Notes: generated by a model from the sequence alone, not told the origin. A stretch of DNA of 64,000 nt from an uncultured Actinomycetes bacterium (GCA_963753295.1 CAVWBZ010000014.1:9127-73126); one strand, 5' to 3'; numbered from the stretch's first letter, positions 9,810 through 21,336 are shown. Made by a program: numbers and translations.

Positions 9810-10358
9810 ATGAACATCACGGTCATCGGCAGGGGGAACGTCGGCGGCGGCCTCGCGAAGCGCTGGCGCGCCGCGGGGCACGAGGTGCAGGAGCTCGGCC
9901 GCGACGGCGGCGACGCGTCCGGCGCCGACGTGATCGTCGTCGCGGTTCCGTCCGGCGAGATCGCCGACGCCCTCGGGAAGGTGGCCGGCATCGCGGGCAA
10001 GACGACGATCGACGCGACGAACGCGTTCCGTGGCCGGAACGAGGCGTTCCCGTCGCTCGCGCACGAGGTGAAGTCGATCGTCGGCGGCCCCACGGCGAAG
10101 TCGTTCAACCTCAACTTCGCCTCGATCTACGACGAGATCGACGCGCAGCGGGTCCGGCCGAGCAACCTGTACGCGTCCGAGGACGGCGCACGCGGCGTCG
10201 TGGAGCAGCTCATCCGCGACGCCGGCTACGACCCCGTCTCCGCCGGCGGGCTCGACAACGCGCGCATGCTCGAGGACGCGCTCGGCCTCCTGTTCGCGGC
10301 GAGTCAGGAGGGCCTCGGCGGGTTCTTCTACCGCTTCGCGAAGCCGGGCGACCTCTAG
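9810..10358 (+). CDS. NAD(P)-binding oxidoreductase, NADPH-dependent F420 reductase-like
   Basis: ATG 9810 is preceded by AGGAGG (9799-9804). ITVIGRGNVGGGLA Rossmann motif. Confidence 0.65.
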   Translation: MNITVIGRGNVGGGLAKRWRAAGHEVQELGRDGGDASGADVIVVAVPSGEIADALGKVAGIAGKTTIDATNAFRGRNEAFPSLAHEVKSIVGGPTAKSFNLNFASIYDEIDAQRVRPSNLYASEDGARGVVEQLIRDAGYDPVSAGGLDNARMLEDALGLLFAASQEGLGGFFYRFAKPGDL

Positions 10359-10366
10359 CCGGAGGG

Positions 10367-11530
10367 CTACGTCGGCAGCTTCTCGTCCGGCGCGGATCGG
10401 AGGATCTGCTCGACGTAGGCGTCGATCGCCTTCTTCAGGCCGACGTCTCGTCCCGCGCGCTCGGAGAGGAACCACCGGTGCTCGAGGATCTCGTGGAAGA
10501 TCTCGGCCGGCGCGCGCTTGCCGCGCAGCTCCGCGGGGATCGCCGCGATCGTCGGCTCGAACACCTCGCTCAGCCAGCGGCCGGCGGCGGCGGCGTCCGA
10601 GACGGGCGCGTCGCCCGTGCGCTCGAGGTACGCCTTGTAGCGGGTGAGGTCGTTGAGCAGGCGGCGCGCCTGGTTCTCCTGCGCGTCGAGGCCGGTGAGC
10701 CGTAGCAGGCGGCGCCGGTGATGGCCGGGCTCGACGACCTTCGAGTGCAGGCGCAGGCGGACGACGTCGCCGTGACGGAGGAGCTCGGTCTCCTCGACGT
10801 CGAAGCCGAGCTCGTTGAGCCGCCGCAGCCGCTCCTCGAGCTTCTGCCCCTCGCCGGGCGCGAACACCTCGTCGAGCGTGAGCTCGGCCCACAGCCGCTC
10901 GTACCGCTCGACGACGTCGGCGGCGAACGCGTACGGGTCCTCGACGACGTCGCGCTCGAGCTCGGCCGAGAGGTCGTAGAGCTCGCCCGCGAGGTTCTCC
11001 TCCGCGATCGCGAGGTCGTGGCTCCGCTGTCCGTCGGAGAGGCGCTCGTGCAGCTCGCCGGTCTCGGCGTCGACGAGGTACGCGGAGAGCGCGCCGGCGT
11101 CGCGGCGGAAGAGCGCGTTCGAGAGCGAGCAGTCGCCCCAGAAGAAGCCGGCGAGATGGATGCGTACGAGCAGCTCTGCGAGCGCGGACCGGATCGTCGT
11201 CTCCGGGGCGGGGAGCACGCGGCGGCCGAGGATGAGGCGGTACGGGAGCGCGAACTCGAGCGCGCGCGTGATGAGGATCGAGTCGAGCTCCTCGCCGTCG
11301 AGCGCTAGGCGCTCGGAGGCGGTGCCGACGGCCTCGACGACGGGCACGTTCTGCTCCGCGAGCTCGCTCAGCAGCCGGTACTCGCGCGCTGCAAGCCGCG
11401 GCGGGAGCTCTTTCAGCGCGTAGTACGAGCCGTTCAGCTCGACGAAGCGGACGACGTGCCGCCCGATGCCGCGCTCGATCTCGACGAGCATCTCCGCGGG
11501 CCAGTCCTCGAGCGGGAGCCCCCACGGCAA
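10367..11530 (-). CDS. DUF4032 domain protein (kinase-like N-terminal half)
   Basis: 387-aa ORF with coding-like composition. The overall pattern matches actinobacterial DUF4032 proteins from memory. Confidence 0.6.
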   Translation of the reverse strand: MPWGLPLEDWPAEMLVEIERGIGRHVVRFVELNGSYYALKELPPRLAAREYRLLSELAEQNVPVVEAVGTASERLALDGEELDSILITRALEFALPYRLILGRRVLPAPETTIRSALAELLVRIHLAGFFWGDCSLSNALFRRDAGALSAYLVDAETGELHERLSDGQRSHDLAIAEENLAGELYDLSAELERDVVEDPYAFAADVVERYERLWAELTLDEVFAPGEGQKLEERLRRLNELGFDVEETELLRHGDVVRLRLHSKVVEPGHHRRRLLRLTGLDAQENQARRLLNDLTRYKAYLERTGDAPVSDAAAAGRWLSEVFEPTIAAIPAELRGKRAPAEIFHEILEHRWFLSERAGRDVGLKKAIDAYVEQILRSAPDEKLPT

Positions 11531-11576
11531 CCCGAGGAATGCGCGCTGGTCGGCACGGGCGACGAGCCGGAAGTGG

Positions 11577-13109
11577 CTAGTGGCGGAAATGGCGGCGGCC
11601 TGTGAAGACCATCGCGGCGCCGGCGGCCGCGGCGGCGGCGATCACGTCCTCGTCGCGGCGCGAGCCGCCCGGCTGCACGATCGCGGCCACGCCGCGATCG
11701 AGGGCGAGCTGCGGGCCGTCGGCGAACGGGAAGAAGGCGTCGGACGCCAGCACGGCGCCGGCGACGTCGTGCCCGTGCTCGGCCGCCTTCTCGAGCGCGA
11801 TCTTCACGGCGTCCACGCGGCTCATCTGGCCGGCGCCGATACCGATCGTCGCGAGGTCCTTGACGAGGACGATCGCGTTCGACGAGACGTGCTTGCACAC
11901 GCGCCACGCGAAGACGAGGTCGCCCCACTGGCGCTCGTCGGGCGTGCCGCACACCGCCTGCCAGCCGTCGCGCTCCTCGATCTCCGCGTCGGCGTCCTGG
12001 ACGAGGATGCCGCCGAGGACGCGCTTCATTCCACGCCCCTCCGCGCCGGCGCGACGCCGCTCGCGGTCGACGAGGATGCGCGTGTTCTGCTTGCGGCGCA
12101 GCGCCTCGAGCGCCGCGTCGTCGTATCCCGGTGCGAAGAGAACCTCGACGAACTGCTCCGCGAGCTTCTCGCCGAGCGCGCCCTCGACGTCTCGGGTGAG
12201 CACGACGATGCCGCCGTACGCGGACACGGGATCCGATGCGAGCGCGTTGTCGTACGCCTCCTCGATCGTCGCGCCGACCGCGACGCCGCACGGATTGGCG
12301 TGCTTGACGATGACGCACGCGGGCAGCGTGAACTCTCGCGCGACGAGACGCGCCGCCGAGAGGTCGTTGAGGTTGTTGAACGAGAGCGCCTTGCCGTGCA
12401 GCTGCTCGACGCGCGAGAGCAGGTGCGCGCGGGCGCCGCGCTCCGCGTAGTAGGCGGCGCGCTGGTGCGGGTTCTCGCCGTACGAGAGGTCGAGCACCTT
12501 CTCGAGCGCGATGGCGAGCGTCTCCGGGAACGCCTCGCGCTCCGAGAACCACGTCGCGATCGCCGCTTCGTACGCGGCGGTCGTGGCGAAGGCTTCTGCG
12601 GCGAGCTCTCGTCTCGTCTCGAACGAGATCTCGCCTTCCCGCCGGAGCTCGTCGAGGACGAACCCGTAGCGCTCCGGCCGGCAGACGGGGATGCAGTGCG
12701 CGAAGTTCTTCGCCGCGCCGCGCAGCATCGACGGGCCGCCGACGTCGATCATCTCCACCGCCTCCGCCTCGGTGACGCCCTGGCGGGCGGCGACCTGCTC
12801 GAAGGGATAGAGGTTGACGCACACGAGGTCGAAGGGCTCGATCCGGTGCTCGGTGAGCGTCGCCACGTCCTCGGGGTTGTCGCGGCGCGCGAGGATGCCG
12901 GCGTGGATCCGCGGGTGCAGCGTCTTCACCCGCCCGCCGAGCATCTCCGGCGATTCCGTGAGCGAGTCGACGTGCTCGACGGCGATGCCGAGCTCCTCGA
13001 TCGCCGTCGCGGTTCCGCCGCTCGCGACGATCTGCCAGCCGAGCTCGGCGAGGCCGGCCGCGAAGACGTCGAGGCCGGTCTTGTCGTACGTCGAGATCAG
13101 CGCGCGCAC
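11577..13109 (-). CDS. purH: bifunctional AICAR formyltransferase / IMP cyclohydrolase
   Basis: 510 aa from GTG 13109, in frame in ORF 11577..13442. STYDKTGL and KTLHPRIHAGIL motifs, then the AICARFT C-terminal domain. Overlaps the purN stop. Confidence 0.95.
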   Translation of the reverse strand: MRALISTYDKTGLDVFAAGLAELGWQIVASGGTATAIEELGIAVEHVDSLTESPEMLGGRVKTLHPRIHAGILARRDNPEDVATLTEHRIEPFDLVCVNLYPFEQVAARQGVTEAEAVEMIDVGGPSMLRGAAKNFAHCIPVCRPERYGFVLDELRREGEISFETRRELAAEAFATTAAYEAAIATWFSEREAFPETLAIALEKVLDLSYGENPHQRAAYYAERGARAHLLSRVEQLHGKALSFNNLNDLSAARLVAREFTLPACVIVKHANPCGVAVGATIEEAYDNALASDPVSAYGGIVVLTRDVEGALGEKLAEQFVEVLFAPGYDDAALEALRRKQNTRILVDRERRRAGAEGRGMKRVLGGILVQDADAEIEERDGWQAVCGTPDERQWGDLVFAWRVCKHVSSNAIVLVKDLATIGIGAGQMSRVDAVKIALEKAAEHGHDVAGAVLASDAFFPFADGPQLALDRGVAAIVQPGGSRRDEDVIAAAAAAGAAMVFTGRRHFRH

Positions 13110-13630
13110 AGCTCGCCCACCACCTTCGGGAGCAGCCGGTGCTCGACCGACTTGATCCGCTCGTGCAGCGTCTCGGCCGTGTCGCCGGGCAGGACCGGAA
13201 CGCGCTCCTGCGCGAGGATCGGCCCGCTGTCGACGCCCTCGTCGACGAGGTGCACGGTGGCGCCGGACTCCTCGACTCCCGCCGCGAGCTGCTCCTCGAC
13301 AGCGTGCGCGCCGGGGAAGCCCGGCAGCAGCGACGGGTGGACGTTCACGACGGAGTCGGGGAAGGCGCCGAGGAACGCGGGCGTGAGCAGGTGCATGTAG
13401 CCCGCGAGCACGACGAGCTCCACGCCGTGCTCCTTCAGCCACTCCGCCATTGCGGCGTCGCGCGCTTCCCGGTCGCCGAAGTCGGCGAGCTCGAAGGACG
13501 CAGCCGGCACGTCGACGCGCGCGAGCGCACGTGCGTTTCTGCGGTTGCTCGCGACGGCGGCGATCGGCAGGCCGGCGTCGGCGAGCGCCTGCAGGTTCGT
13601 CCCCTCGCCGGAGACGAGCACGCCGATCAC
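13097..13630 (-). CDS. purN: phosphoribosylglycinamide formyltransferase
   Basis: 177 aa from GTG 13630 (GTGA overlap with the purM stop). GVLVSGEGTNLQAL and NVHPSLLP motifs. Confidence 0.9.
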   Translation of the reverse strand: MIGVLVSGEGTNLQALADAGLPIAAVASNRRNARALARVDVPAASFELADFGDREARDAAMAEWLKEHGVELVVLAGYMHLLTPAFLGAFPDSVVNVHPSLLPGFPGAHAVEEQLAAGVEESGATVHLVDEGVDSGPILAQERVPVLPGDTAETLHERIKSVEHRLLPKVVGELCAR

Positions 13631-14577
13631 TCGAGCGCTCCGATCACGATCGAACCTGCCGGAGCCTCGGGGACCACGGCGCACATGCCGATGCCGAGGT
13701 TGAAGACGCGGCGCGCCTCCTCCTCGTCGACGCCGCGGTCGGCGAGCCAGGCGAACACGGGCGGACGCTCCCATGAGCCCCAGTCGATGCGTGCGCGCAC
13801 GCCGTCGGGCAGCACACGCGAGAGGTTGCCGAGAATGCCGCCGCCGGTGACGTGCGCGAGCGCCCTCACGTCGGCCTCGGAGCGGAGGCGGCGGACGTCG
13901 TCGAGGTAGAGCCGGTGCGGCGCGAGGAGCAGGTCGGCGTCGAAGTCGTCGTCGCCGACGAGCGCGCGGACGAGCGAGAAGCCGTTCGTGTGCAGCCCAT
14001 TCGACGGGAAACCGACGACGACGTCGCCGGGCGCGCAGCGCGAGCCGTCGATCACGCGGTCGCGCTCGACGATCCCGACGCACGTGCCGGCGAAGTCGAG
14101 CTCGTCTTCGCGATAGACGCCCGGCAGCTCCGCCGTCTCGCCGCCGATGAGCGCGCAGCCGGCGGCGCGGCAGACCTCGGCGGCGCCCTCGACGAGCTCG
14201 GCGACCTGCTCGAGGTCGATCGTGCTCGCCGCGACGTAGTCGAGGAAGAAGAGCGGCTCGGCCCCGCTGCACAGGACGTCGTCGATGCAGTGCGCGGCGA
14301 GGTCCATGCCGCCCCAGCGGAGCTTGCCCGCGCGACGCTCGAGCATGAGCTTCGAGCCGACGCTGTCGGTCGACGCCGCGAGCAGCCGACGGTCGTCGAG
14401 CGGGAAGAGCCCGGCGAACCGGCCGAATCCGGCGGCGCCGGTCGACTCGACCGCTGCGCGCAGCCGCTCCACCACGGCGTCCGCGGTGGCGAGCGAGACG
14501 CCGGCGGCCTCGTAGGTGCGCGCGTCCTTTCTCAAGAAGTCGAGTCTAGGACGATCGTCGGCTACGAGGCTCGCCAT
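13627..14577 (-). CDS. purM: phosphoribosylformylglycinamidine cyclo-ligase (AIR synthase)
   Basis: 316 aa from ATG 14577 in ORF 13627..15135. DSVGSKL, GGETAE and HVTGGG motifs. Confidence 0.9.
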   Translation of the reverse strand: MASLVADDRPRLDFLRKDARTYEAAGVSLATADAVVERLRAAVESTGAAGFGRFAGLFPLDDRRLLAASTDSVGSKLMLERRAGKLRWGGMDLAAHCIDDVLCSGAEPLFFLDYVAASTIDLEQVAELVEGAAEVCRAAGCALIGGETAELPGVYREDELDFAGTCVGIVERDRVIDGSRCAPGDVVVGFPSNGLHTNGFSLVRALVGDDDFDADLLLAPHRLYLDDVRRLRSEADVRALAHVTGGGILGNLSRVLPDGVRARIDWGSWERPPVFAWLADRGVDEEEARRVFNLGIGMCAVVPEAPAGSIVIGALE

Positions 14578-14732
14578 GCCTGGCGGGAGATGAAGAGGCC
14601 GTTGCCGGTGCGGTTGCGGCAGGTGATGCCGGCCGTCGCGGAAACGCAGGTGAACGCGCCGCGCGCCCACGTCTTGCCATACGGCAGGTCGACCCGGCCG
14701 GGTCGCTCCCTGCCGGGGTCGAAGAGGAGCAT
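14562..14732 (-). CDS. 56-aa Cys-containing hypothetical ORF
   Basis: Below the ORF-track cutoff. ATG 14732 to TAG 14562, high GC3: MLLFDPGRERPGRVDLPYGKTWARGAFTCVSATAGITCRNRTGNGLFISRQAWRAS. Overlaps the purM start by 16 nt. Confidence 0.3.
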   Translation of the reverse strand: MLLFDPGRERPGRVDLPYGKTWARGAFTCVSATAGITCRNRTGNGLFISRQAWRAS

Positions 14733-14750
14733 GCGTCCAGCGTAGTGCGC

Positions 14751-15362
14751 TCAGACGAACATCTCCGCTTCCAGCTCGGGCCGGCCCTGCGGGCCGCCGG
14801 GCGTGAAGCGGACGAGCGTCTCGCCGACCTCGACGTCGGCTCCGATTCGCTCGCAGTCGAGGAGGTCCGCGAGCCCGCGGGCCTTCGCCTCGGGGTCGTC
14901 CGCCTTCAGGTGGAGCTCGGACAGGCGGAGGCGGTCGGTCTGGCCGAGCAGCTCGTCGATCCAGTCGCGCGGTGGGTGCAGCTCGAGCCGGTACCCGGCG
15001 TTGGTCGACACGAACGTCCGCCGTCCGCCGTGCTCCTGCACGCGCAGCGCTGCGTCCTCCGCGCGGCCGAGCGTGCGGTCGAACTCCTCCTCGTCGAGCG
15101 CGAGGCCGAGGTGGTCGACGCGCGGGAGCGGCCACTGGCCGGGCTGCACGACGACGTTCACCGCTCCGAGCTCGAGCTCGGACAGGCGGAGCTTGAAACC
15201 GATCGCGTCGAGCTCCGCCCAGGAGGTGCCGGGCTCGTAGGAGCGCAGGTCCTCGCCGATCCGGCCGTGGCGCGCGACGAGGTCGAATCCGAGCTTGCCG
15301 ATGTAGCGCGCCTCGACCTCGCGCACCTTGCTCGTCACGAGGTGGTAGTGGAAGAGCTGCAC
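14751..15362 (-). CDS. VOC-superfamily (glyoxalase/dioxygenase-fold) protein
   Basis: 203 aa from GTG 15362, with two beta-alpha-beta-beta-beta-like halves. No specific family recognised. Confidence 0.5.
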   Translation of the reverse strand: MQLFHYHLVTSKVREVEARYIGKLGFDLVARHGRIGEDLRSYEPGTSWAELDAIGFKLRLSELELGAVNVVVQPGQWPLPRVDHLGLALDEEEFDRTLGRAEDAALRVQEHGGRRTFVSTNAGYRLELHPPRDWIDELLGQTDRLRLSELHLKADDPEAKARGLADLLDCERIGADVEVGETLVRFTPGGPQGRPELEAEMFV

Positions 15363-15412
15363 GCTGCCGGATGGTACGAGGACTCCGGGGTTCCGCGAGG
15401 AAGTCCCGTCGG

Positions 15413-15832
15413 ATGCGCTCCGACGGCGTCCATCACGTCGATCTCGTCGTCTCCTCGATCGAGCGGAGCCTGCCGTTCTACCGCGACCTTCTCGGCCCGA
15501 TCGGCTGGCATCGGATCGGCGAGGTCGAGGGCGAGCGGGGCGAGACGATCTGGTACCTCAGCGGACGTGGAACCTCGATCGGGCTCCGGCAGGCGCGGAG
15601 CGAGGGGTCGGGTGCCGTCGACCGGTACTCGGTCGGCCTGCACCACCTCGCGTTCGAGGCGCCGTCGCGCGCAGCGGTGGACGAGCGGGCCGACTGGCTG
15701 CGCGAGAACGGCGCGACGCTCGAGAGCGAGCCGCAGGAGTACACGTACACGCCCGGCTACTACGCGGTGTTCTTCTACGACCCGGACGGTCTGAAGCTCG
15801 AGATCATGACCGTGTCGCTGTACGCGGCGTGA
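15413..15832 (+). CDS. VOC-family protein (glyoxalase/bleomycin-resistance fold)
   Basis: ATG 15413 in ORF 15371..15832. HHVDLVVSSIERSLPFY...GLHHLAFE...FFYDPDGLKLEI is the classic VOC pattern. Confidence 0.7.
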   Translation: MRSDGVHHVDLVVSSIERSLPFYRDLLGPIGWHRIGEVEGERGETIWYLSGRGTSIGLRQARSEGSGAVDRYSVGLHHLAFEAPSRAAVDERADWLRENGATLESEPQEYTYTPGYYAVFFYDPDGLKLEIMTVSLYAA

Positions 15833-15850
15833 CGAAGCCGTAGCACTTCA

Positions 15851-15884
15851 GTTCGGTTGCCTGGCACGTGCCTGGCAACCGAAC
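15851..15884. terminator. 34-nt near-perfect palindrome between convergent genes (putative bidirectional terminator)
   Basis: gttcggttgccTggcacgtgccTggcaaccgaac is self-complementary except for two T:T positions. It lies between the VOC stop (15832) and the purF stop (15899). Confidence 0.55.
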
Positions 15885-15898
15885 GGAGATGTCACGAC

Positions 15899-17277
15899 TT
15901 ACGCGCGGGCTTCCTCGAAGCGGAGCTTCGCGTACTCGGCCGGAACCTCGGTCGGATAGCGGCGCGTGAGGCACGCGCTGCACAGCTCCGACTCCGGGCG
16001 GCGCGTCGACTCGACGAGGCCCTCGTGCGAGAGGTACGCGAGTGACGTGGCGCCGATGTGCTCGCGCACCTCCTCGACCGTCCTCCCGGCCGCGACCATC
16101 TCGTCGGGATCGGCGAGGTCGATGCCGTAGAAGCACTGGCCGATGACGGGCGGCGACGAGACGCGCACGTGCACCTCGACGGCCCCGGCGTCGAACAGCA
16201 TCTGCACGATCGCGCGCGTCGTGTTCCCGCGCACGATCGAGTCGTCGACGACGACGATGCGCTTGCCCGCCACCTCCGCGAGCGGGTTGAACTTGAGGCG
16301 CACGCCCTGCCGCCGCAGCTCCTGGTCGGGCTGGATGAACGTGCGGCCGATGTAGCGGTTCTTGATCAGGCCCTCGCTGAACGGGATCCCGAGCGCGCGT
16401 GAGAATCCGATCGCGGCCGGCGTGCCGGAGTCGGGGATCGGCAGTACGAGCTCGGCGTCCACCGGCGACTCCTGCGCGAGCCGCTCGCCCATGCGCAGCC
16501 GCGCACCGTGCACCTCGATGCCGTCGAGCCGCGTGTCCGGCCGCGCGAGGTAGAAGAACTCGAAGATGCAGAGCGCGCCCGCGGCCGGCGGCTCGACGGC
16601 GCGCAAGGCGCGCATGCCGTCGCCGTCGACGAGCACGACCTCGCCGCGCTCGACCTCGCGCACGAACTCCGCGCCGACGAGGTCGAGCGCGCACGTCTCC
16701 GACGCGACGACCCAGTCGTCGTGGATGCGCCCGAGCACGAGCGGGCGGAAGCCGTGCGGGTCGCGGAAGGCGACGAGCGTGCCTTCCGAGAGCGCGACGA
16801 TCGAGTACGCGCCCTCGAGCTTGCGCATCGCGCTCGCGACCGCCTCGTCGAGCGGCATCTCCGCGTTCGCGATGAGCGCGGCGATGACCTCGCTGTCGGA
16901 GGTGCCGTGCAGCGTGACGCCCTCCTCGCGCAGCTCGTCGCGGAGCGCGTCCGCGTTCACGAGGTTCCCGTTGTGTCCGAGCGCGACCGTGCGCGCGCGG
17001 CCGTGCTGCACGAGCGGCTGCGCGTTCGACCACTGCGACGATCCCGTCGTCGAATAGCGCGTGTGCCCGATGGCGATCTGTCCCCGCAGTGCGTGGAGCT
17101 TCTGCTCGTCGAAGACCTGTGTGACGAGGCCGAGGTCGCGGAGCGCCGTCAGGCGCCCCTGCTCGGAGACGGCGATGCCCGCCGACTCCTGGCCGCGATG
17201 CTGGAGCGAGAAGAGCCCGAAGTACGTGAGCCGCGCGACGTCGCGCTCGGCTGCGTACACGCCGAAGACGCCGCACA

Positions 17278-17278
<1 letters not shown>
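15899..17278 (-). CDS. purF: amidophosphoribosyltransferase
   Basis: 459 aa from ATG 17278 in ORF 15899..18298. N-terminal MCGVFG nucleophile and PRTase motif VVVDDSIVRGNT. ATGA overlap with the purL stop. Confidence 0.95.
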
Positions 17279-19243
<1,965 letters not shown>

Positions 19244-19266
<23 letters not shown>

Positions 19267-19390
19267 GCTGATCGGCCTCGCGCTCATCTGGGGCGCGTCC
19301 TTCATGTTCATAAGGTGGCCGACCGGCAGCTCGCCGCCTCTCGATGCGGTCTGCGGCCGCAAACGTCTCGGCCAAGCCGCCTCGCGCGTG
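19244..19390 (+). pseudogene. 5' remnant of an EamA/DMT transporter gene
   Basis: VRRRHLAMLIGLALIWGASFMFI... parallels the N-terminus of the intact paralog at 24240 (...LLLFVLGAIWGSSYLFIKV). The similarity fades by ~19.33-19.39 kb, so the 3' limit is approximate. Confidence 0.5.
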
Positions 19391-19416
19391 TGCCGCCTAA
19401 TCCCTAGGCCGGCCGT

Positions 19417-19704
19417 TCAGCCGTCGCTGACGCCCTTCCCCGTCGTGAGCCCTTCGACAGTCCGCATGAGCGTGCCGGGCAGGTCCGGTGCGCCTTGTGC
19501 ACTTGGCGGCGTTGGCCGGTCCTGGGGAGAGGGCGGGGGAGGTTTCACATTGCGGTACGAGATTCCGAGGAAGACCGCAGAGAGCGAACCCATGACCGCG
19601 ATCGCCTTAGGATCCGCGCCTCGGAAGAATCCCACCGCCGCCAGCCCTGCGAAAAGCACGCCAAGTGCAAAGACGAACCAGATCGGCGGCTGCCACTCTT
19701 CCAT
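19417..19704 (-). CDS. small two-helix membrane protein with Pro-rich tail (hypothetical)
   Basis: 95 aa. Hydrophobic segments PIWFVFALGVLFAGLAAVGFF and AIAVMGSLSAVFLGISY. GC3-biased codons. Confidence 0.45.
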   Translation of the reverse strand: MEEWQPPIWFVFALGVLFAGLAAVGFFRGADPKAIAVMGSLSAVFLGISYRNVKPPPPSPQDRPTPPSAQGAPDLPGTLMRTVEGLTTGKGVSDG

Positions 19705-20159
19705 AGGAGGCAGCGAGTAAGTCTAAACACGGACGCGGACGGTCACGCAACGGCGTACCTCCCCATTTGACAGTCTCTTGCAAGGATCGGACGGCGTCGG
19801 TCGGGGCCCCGAATTTGAGTGCTCTTAACGCCGTAGCGCTCGTGTCGTCGTCCGGTGGGTTGATGCGACGCCCAGGTTGCGTTTGTGCGCCTTCGCGATC
19901 AGGGAAGATCGTGAACCTTGATACCCGTCGCGCCGGTCGAAGAGGAAGACGGAGGCTGGCAACCTTGTGTAGCGGCCCGTTGCCTACGTCACGCGCGGGA
20001 TCGCCGTCGGGTGTGCGCGTTTGAGGATGCGACGAAGCAGCGCCGACGCCTGTTCGGGATCGCTCGGTTAGCTCCCACCAAATCACGCTCGACCGCAATC
20101 GGCACTCGTTCCCGTCCGTCGAGGAAGCCCTGGCCGAGGCGCTCGACCTATCGTTTCAG

Positions 20160-20489
20160 TCACGGATATGACGAGTCCTCCGGCAATCCACGCGGCCCTT
20201 TGAGGCGGCCCTGGACTCGCCAAGCTCGGACGCGACAGGCATCCGAGCAGAACTGCCGCCGCTGGGTCGCGCCACGCGGCAGACGCCGCCTGCAGTCGGG
20301 GCCTTTACACCATCGAGGCGAAGGCGGCGTTCGCAAGCGCGGGGGAAACTGCCACTCCGTCCCCGCCTTCTCGTAGACGTATGCGCGAACCACCATCTCG
20401 ACCCACCGGTCGATGGGCATCCCGGAGGCTTCGGCGAATGCCTGGGCGTCGAGGGAGAGCGACGGACCCAGGCGAAGTGTTAACTCCAT
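20160..20489 (-). CDS. RHH-like N-terminus plus C-terminal zinc-ribbon protein (putative regulator)
   Basis: 109 aa from ATG 20489 in ORF 20160..20588. MELTLRLGPSLSLDAQAFAEASGMPIDRWVEMVV is CopG/RHH-like. CKGPDC...RRQFCSDACRVRAWR is a zinc-ribbon tail common in actinobacterial mobile-element regulators. Confidence 0.5.
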   Translation of the reverse strand: MELTLRLGPSLSLDAQAFAEASGMPIDRWVEMVVRAYVYEKAGTEWQFPPRLRTPPSPRWCKGPDCRRRLPRGATQRRQFCSDACRVRAWRVQGRLKGPRGLPEDSSYP

Positions 20490-20512
20490 TTGAAACGGAA
20501 CGGTAACGGAGA

Positions 20513-20704
20513 TTAGACACCGACCGCTAGTTCCGCGACTCTCGGGGCGTGGGAGCGAACTTCGCGAACGCCGTGGCGACCTGGGCACCGCTTGCTGTCC
20601 CTGTCGTCACCATCACGTTCCTTCGCGGCGTGGTACGGCTCGCGCGGGAGGTGCTCGTGCTTCTCGAAGAAATCGACGTATTTGTCACGAAGCGCCGGAC
20701 ACAT
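20513..20704 (-). CDS. hypothetical small protein (63 aa)
   Basis: ORF MCPALRDKYVDFFEKHEHLPREPYHAAKER..., co-directional with and 23 nt upstream of the RHH gene. Weak support. Confidence 0.3.
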   Translation of the reverse strand: MCPALRDKYVDFFEKHEHLPREPYHAAKERDGDDRDSKRCPGRHGVREVRSHAPRVAELAVGV

Positions 20705-20834
20705 GGACAGGGCCAGGCGGCGATCCGAACGCTCGCCCGTCCGCTGAAGCCCTAGAAGGAGCGAGGGCCGAAGTACCGCTTCGACCCTCGCCGTTTCCGT
20801 CCACGCGTGACTGTGGACTGCCTGCTACTGCGTA

Positions 20835-20951
20835 TTACTTCCTCTTGGCCTGAGCCAGGTCAGAGGCGGCGACGCTCTTCTCCTTGGCCGTGGAGCTGTT
20901 ACTGGCCATGACCGATGCGGCCTTCGATGCGTCCTTCTTCGAGGTCGTCAT
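20835..20951 (-). CDS. 38-aa hydrophilic small protein (hypothetical)
   Basis: Below the ORF-track cutoff: MTTSKKDASKAASVMASNSSTAKEKSVAASDLAQAKRK. A GAGGAAGG Shine-Dalgarno-like sequence lies ~8 nt upstream of ATG 20951. Confidence 0.35.
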   Translation of the reverse strand: MTTSKKDASKAASVMASNSSTAKEKSVAASDLAQAKRK

Positions 20952-21089
20952 CTGGACCTACCTTCCTCGCCCTCGAATTCAGTGTCTGCCGCTGGGCGAG
21001 CGCGGCTTCTTCTGTCTACCAGGGGCGTCGGTCGGAATGAGAACAGATGTTCGACCACTAGCCGAGGCGTTGCCTAAACTGGAGGCACA

Positions 21090-21283
21090 ATGGCCAAGAT
21101 CACCGTTTACGCGCACGTTGGGAACATGATGAACGTGCCCTCAAGTTCGACGTGCCTGATCCAAAGCTCAAGTCCGGGGACGACATCATCGCGATCCTGG
21201 ACGGCTCGACCTTCGTGGCAGCATTTCCCCTGGACAAGGTGGATCGGGTCGTCGCCGAGGAGTACATCGCGACAGCTGAATGA
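21090..21283 (+). pseudogene. frameshifted small gene (~64 aa if repaired)
   Basis: A GGAGG RBS lies 5 nt before ATG 21090 (MAKITVYAHVG). Coding-like sequence then continues in another frame to TGA 21281-21283 (EHDERALKFDVPDPKLKSGDDIIAILDGSTFVAAFPLDKVDRVVAEEYIATAE), and that frame has no start of its own. Confidence 0.4.
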
Positions 21284-21336
21284 GCGTTGAGCTGTTCGCT
21301 CATGCCGCTTAGACGCCGTATCGCCCGAGGCTGCCG

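Noticed and set aside
5793-11525. Giant ORFs (1910 aa here; also 2780..4696, 7307..9787, 15899..18298 beyond the real genes, 59324..61246, and many Arg/Ala/Pro-rich ORFs in the track).
   Set aside because: Their composition is the typical antisense or out-of-frame product of very GC-rich DNA (R/A/P/G-dominated, no motifs). They overlap well-supported genes on the other strand or frame. Only their recognisable sub-segments were annotated.
19741-20160. ~420-nt ORF-poor stretch in island 1, examined as a possible decayed integrase or ncRNA.
   Set aside because: None of the six frames shows recombinase motifs or a convincing coding signal, and no strong secondary-structure element stood out. Left unannotated.
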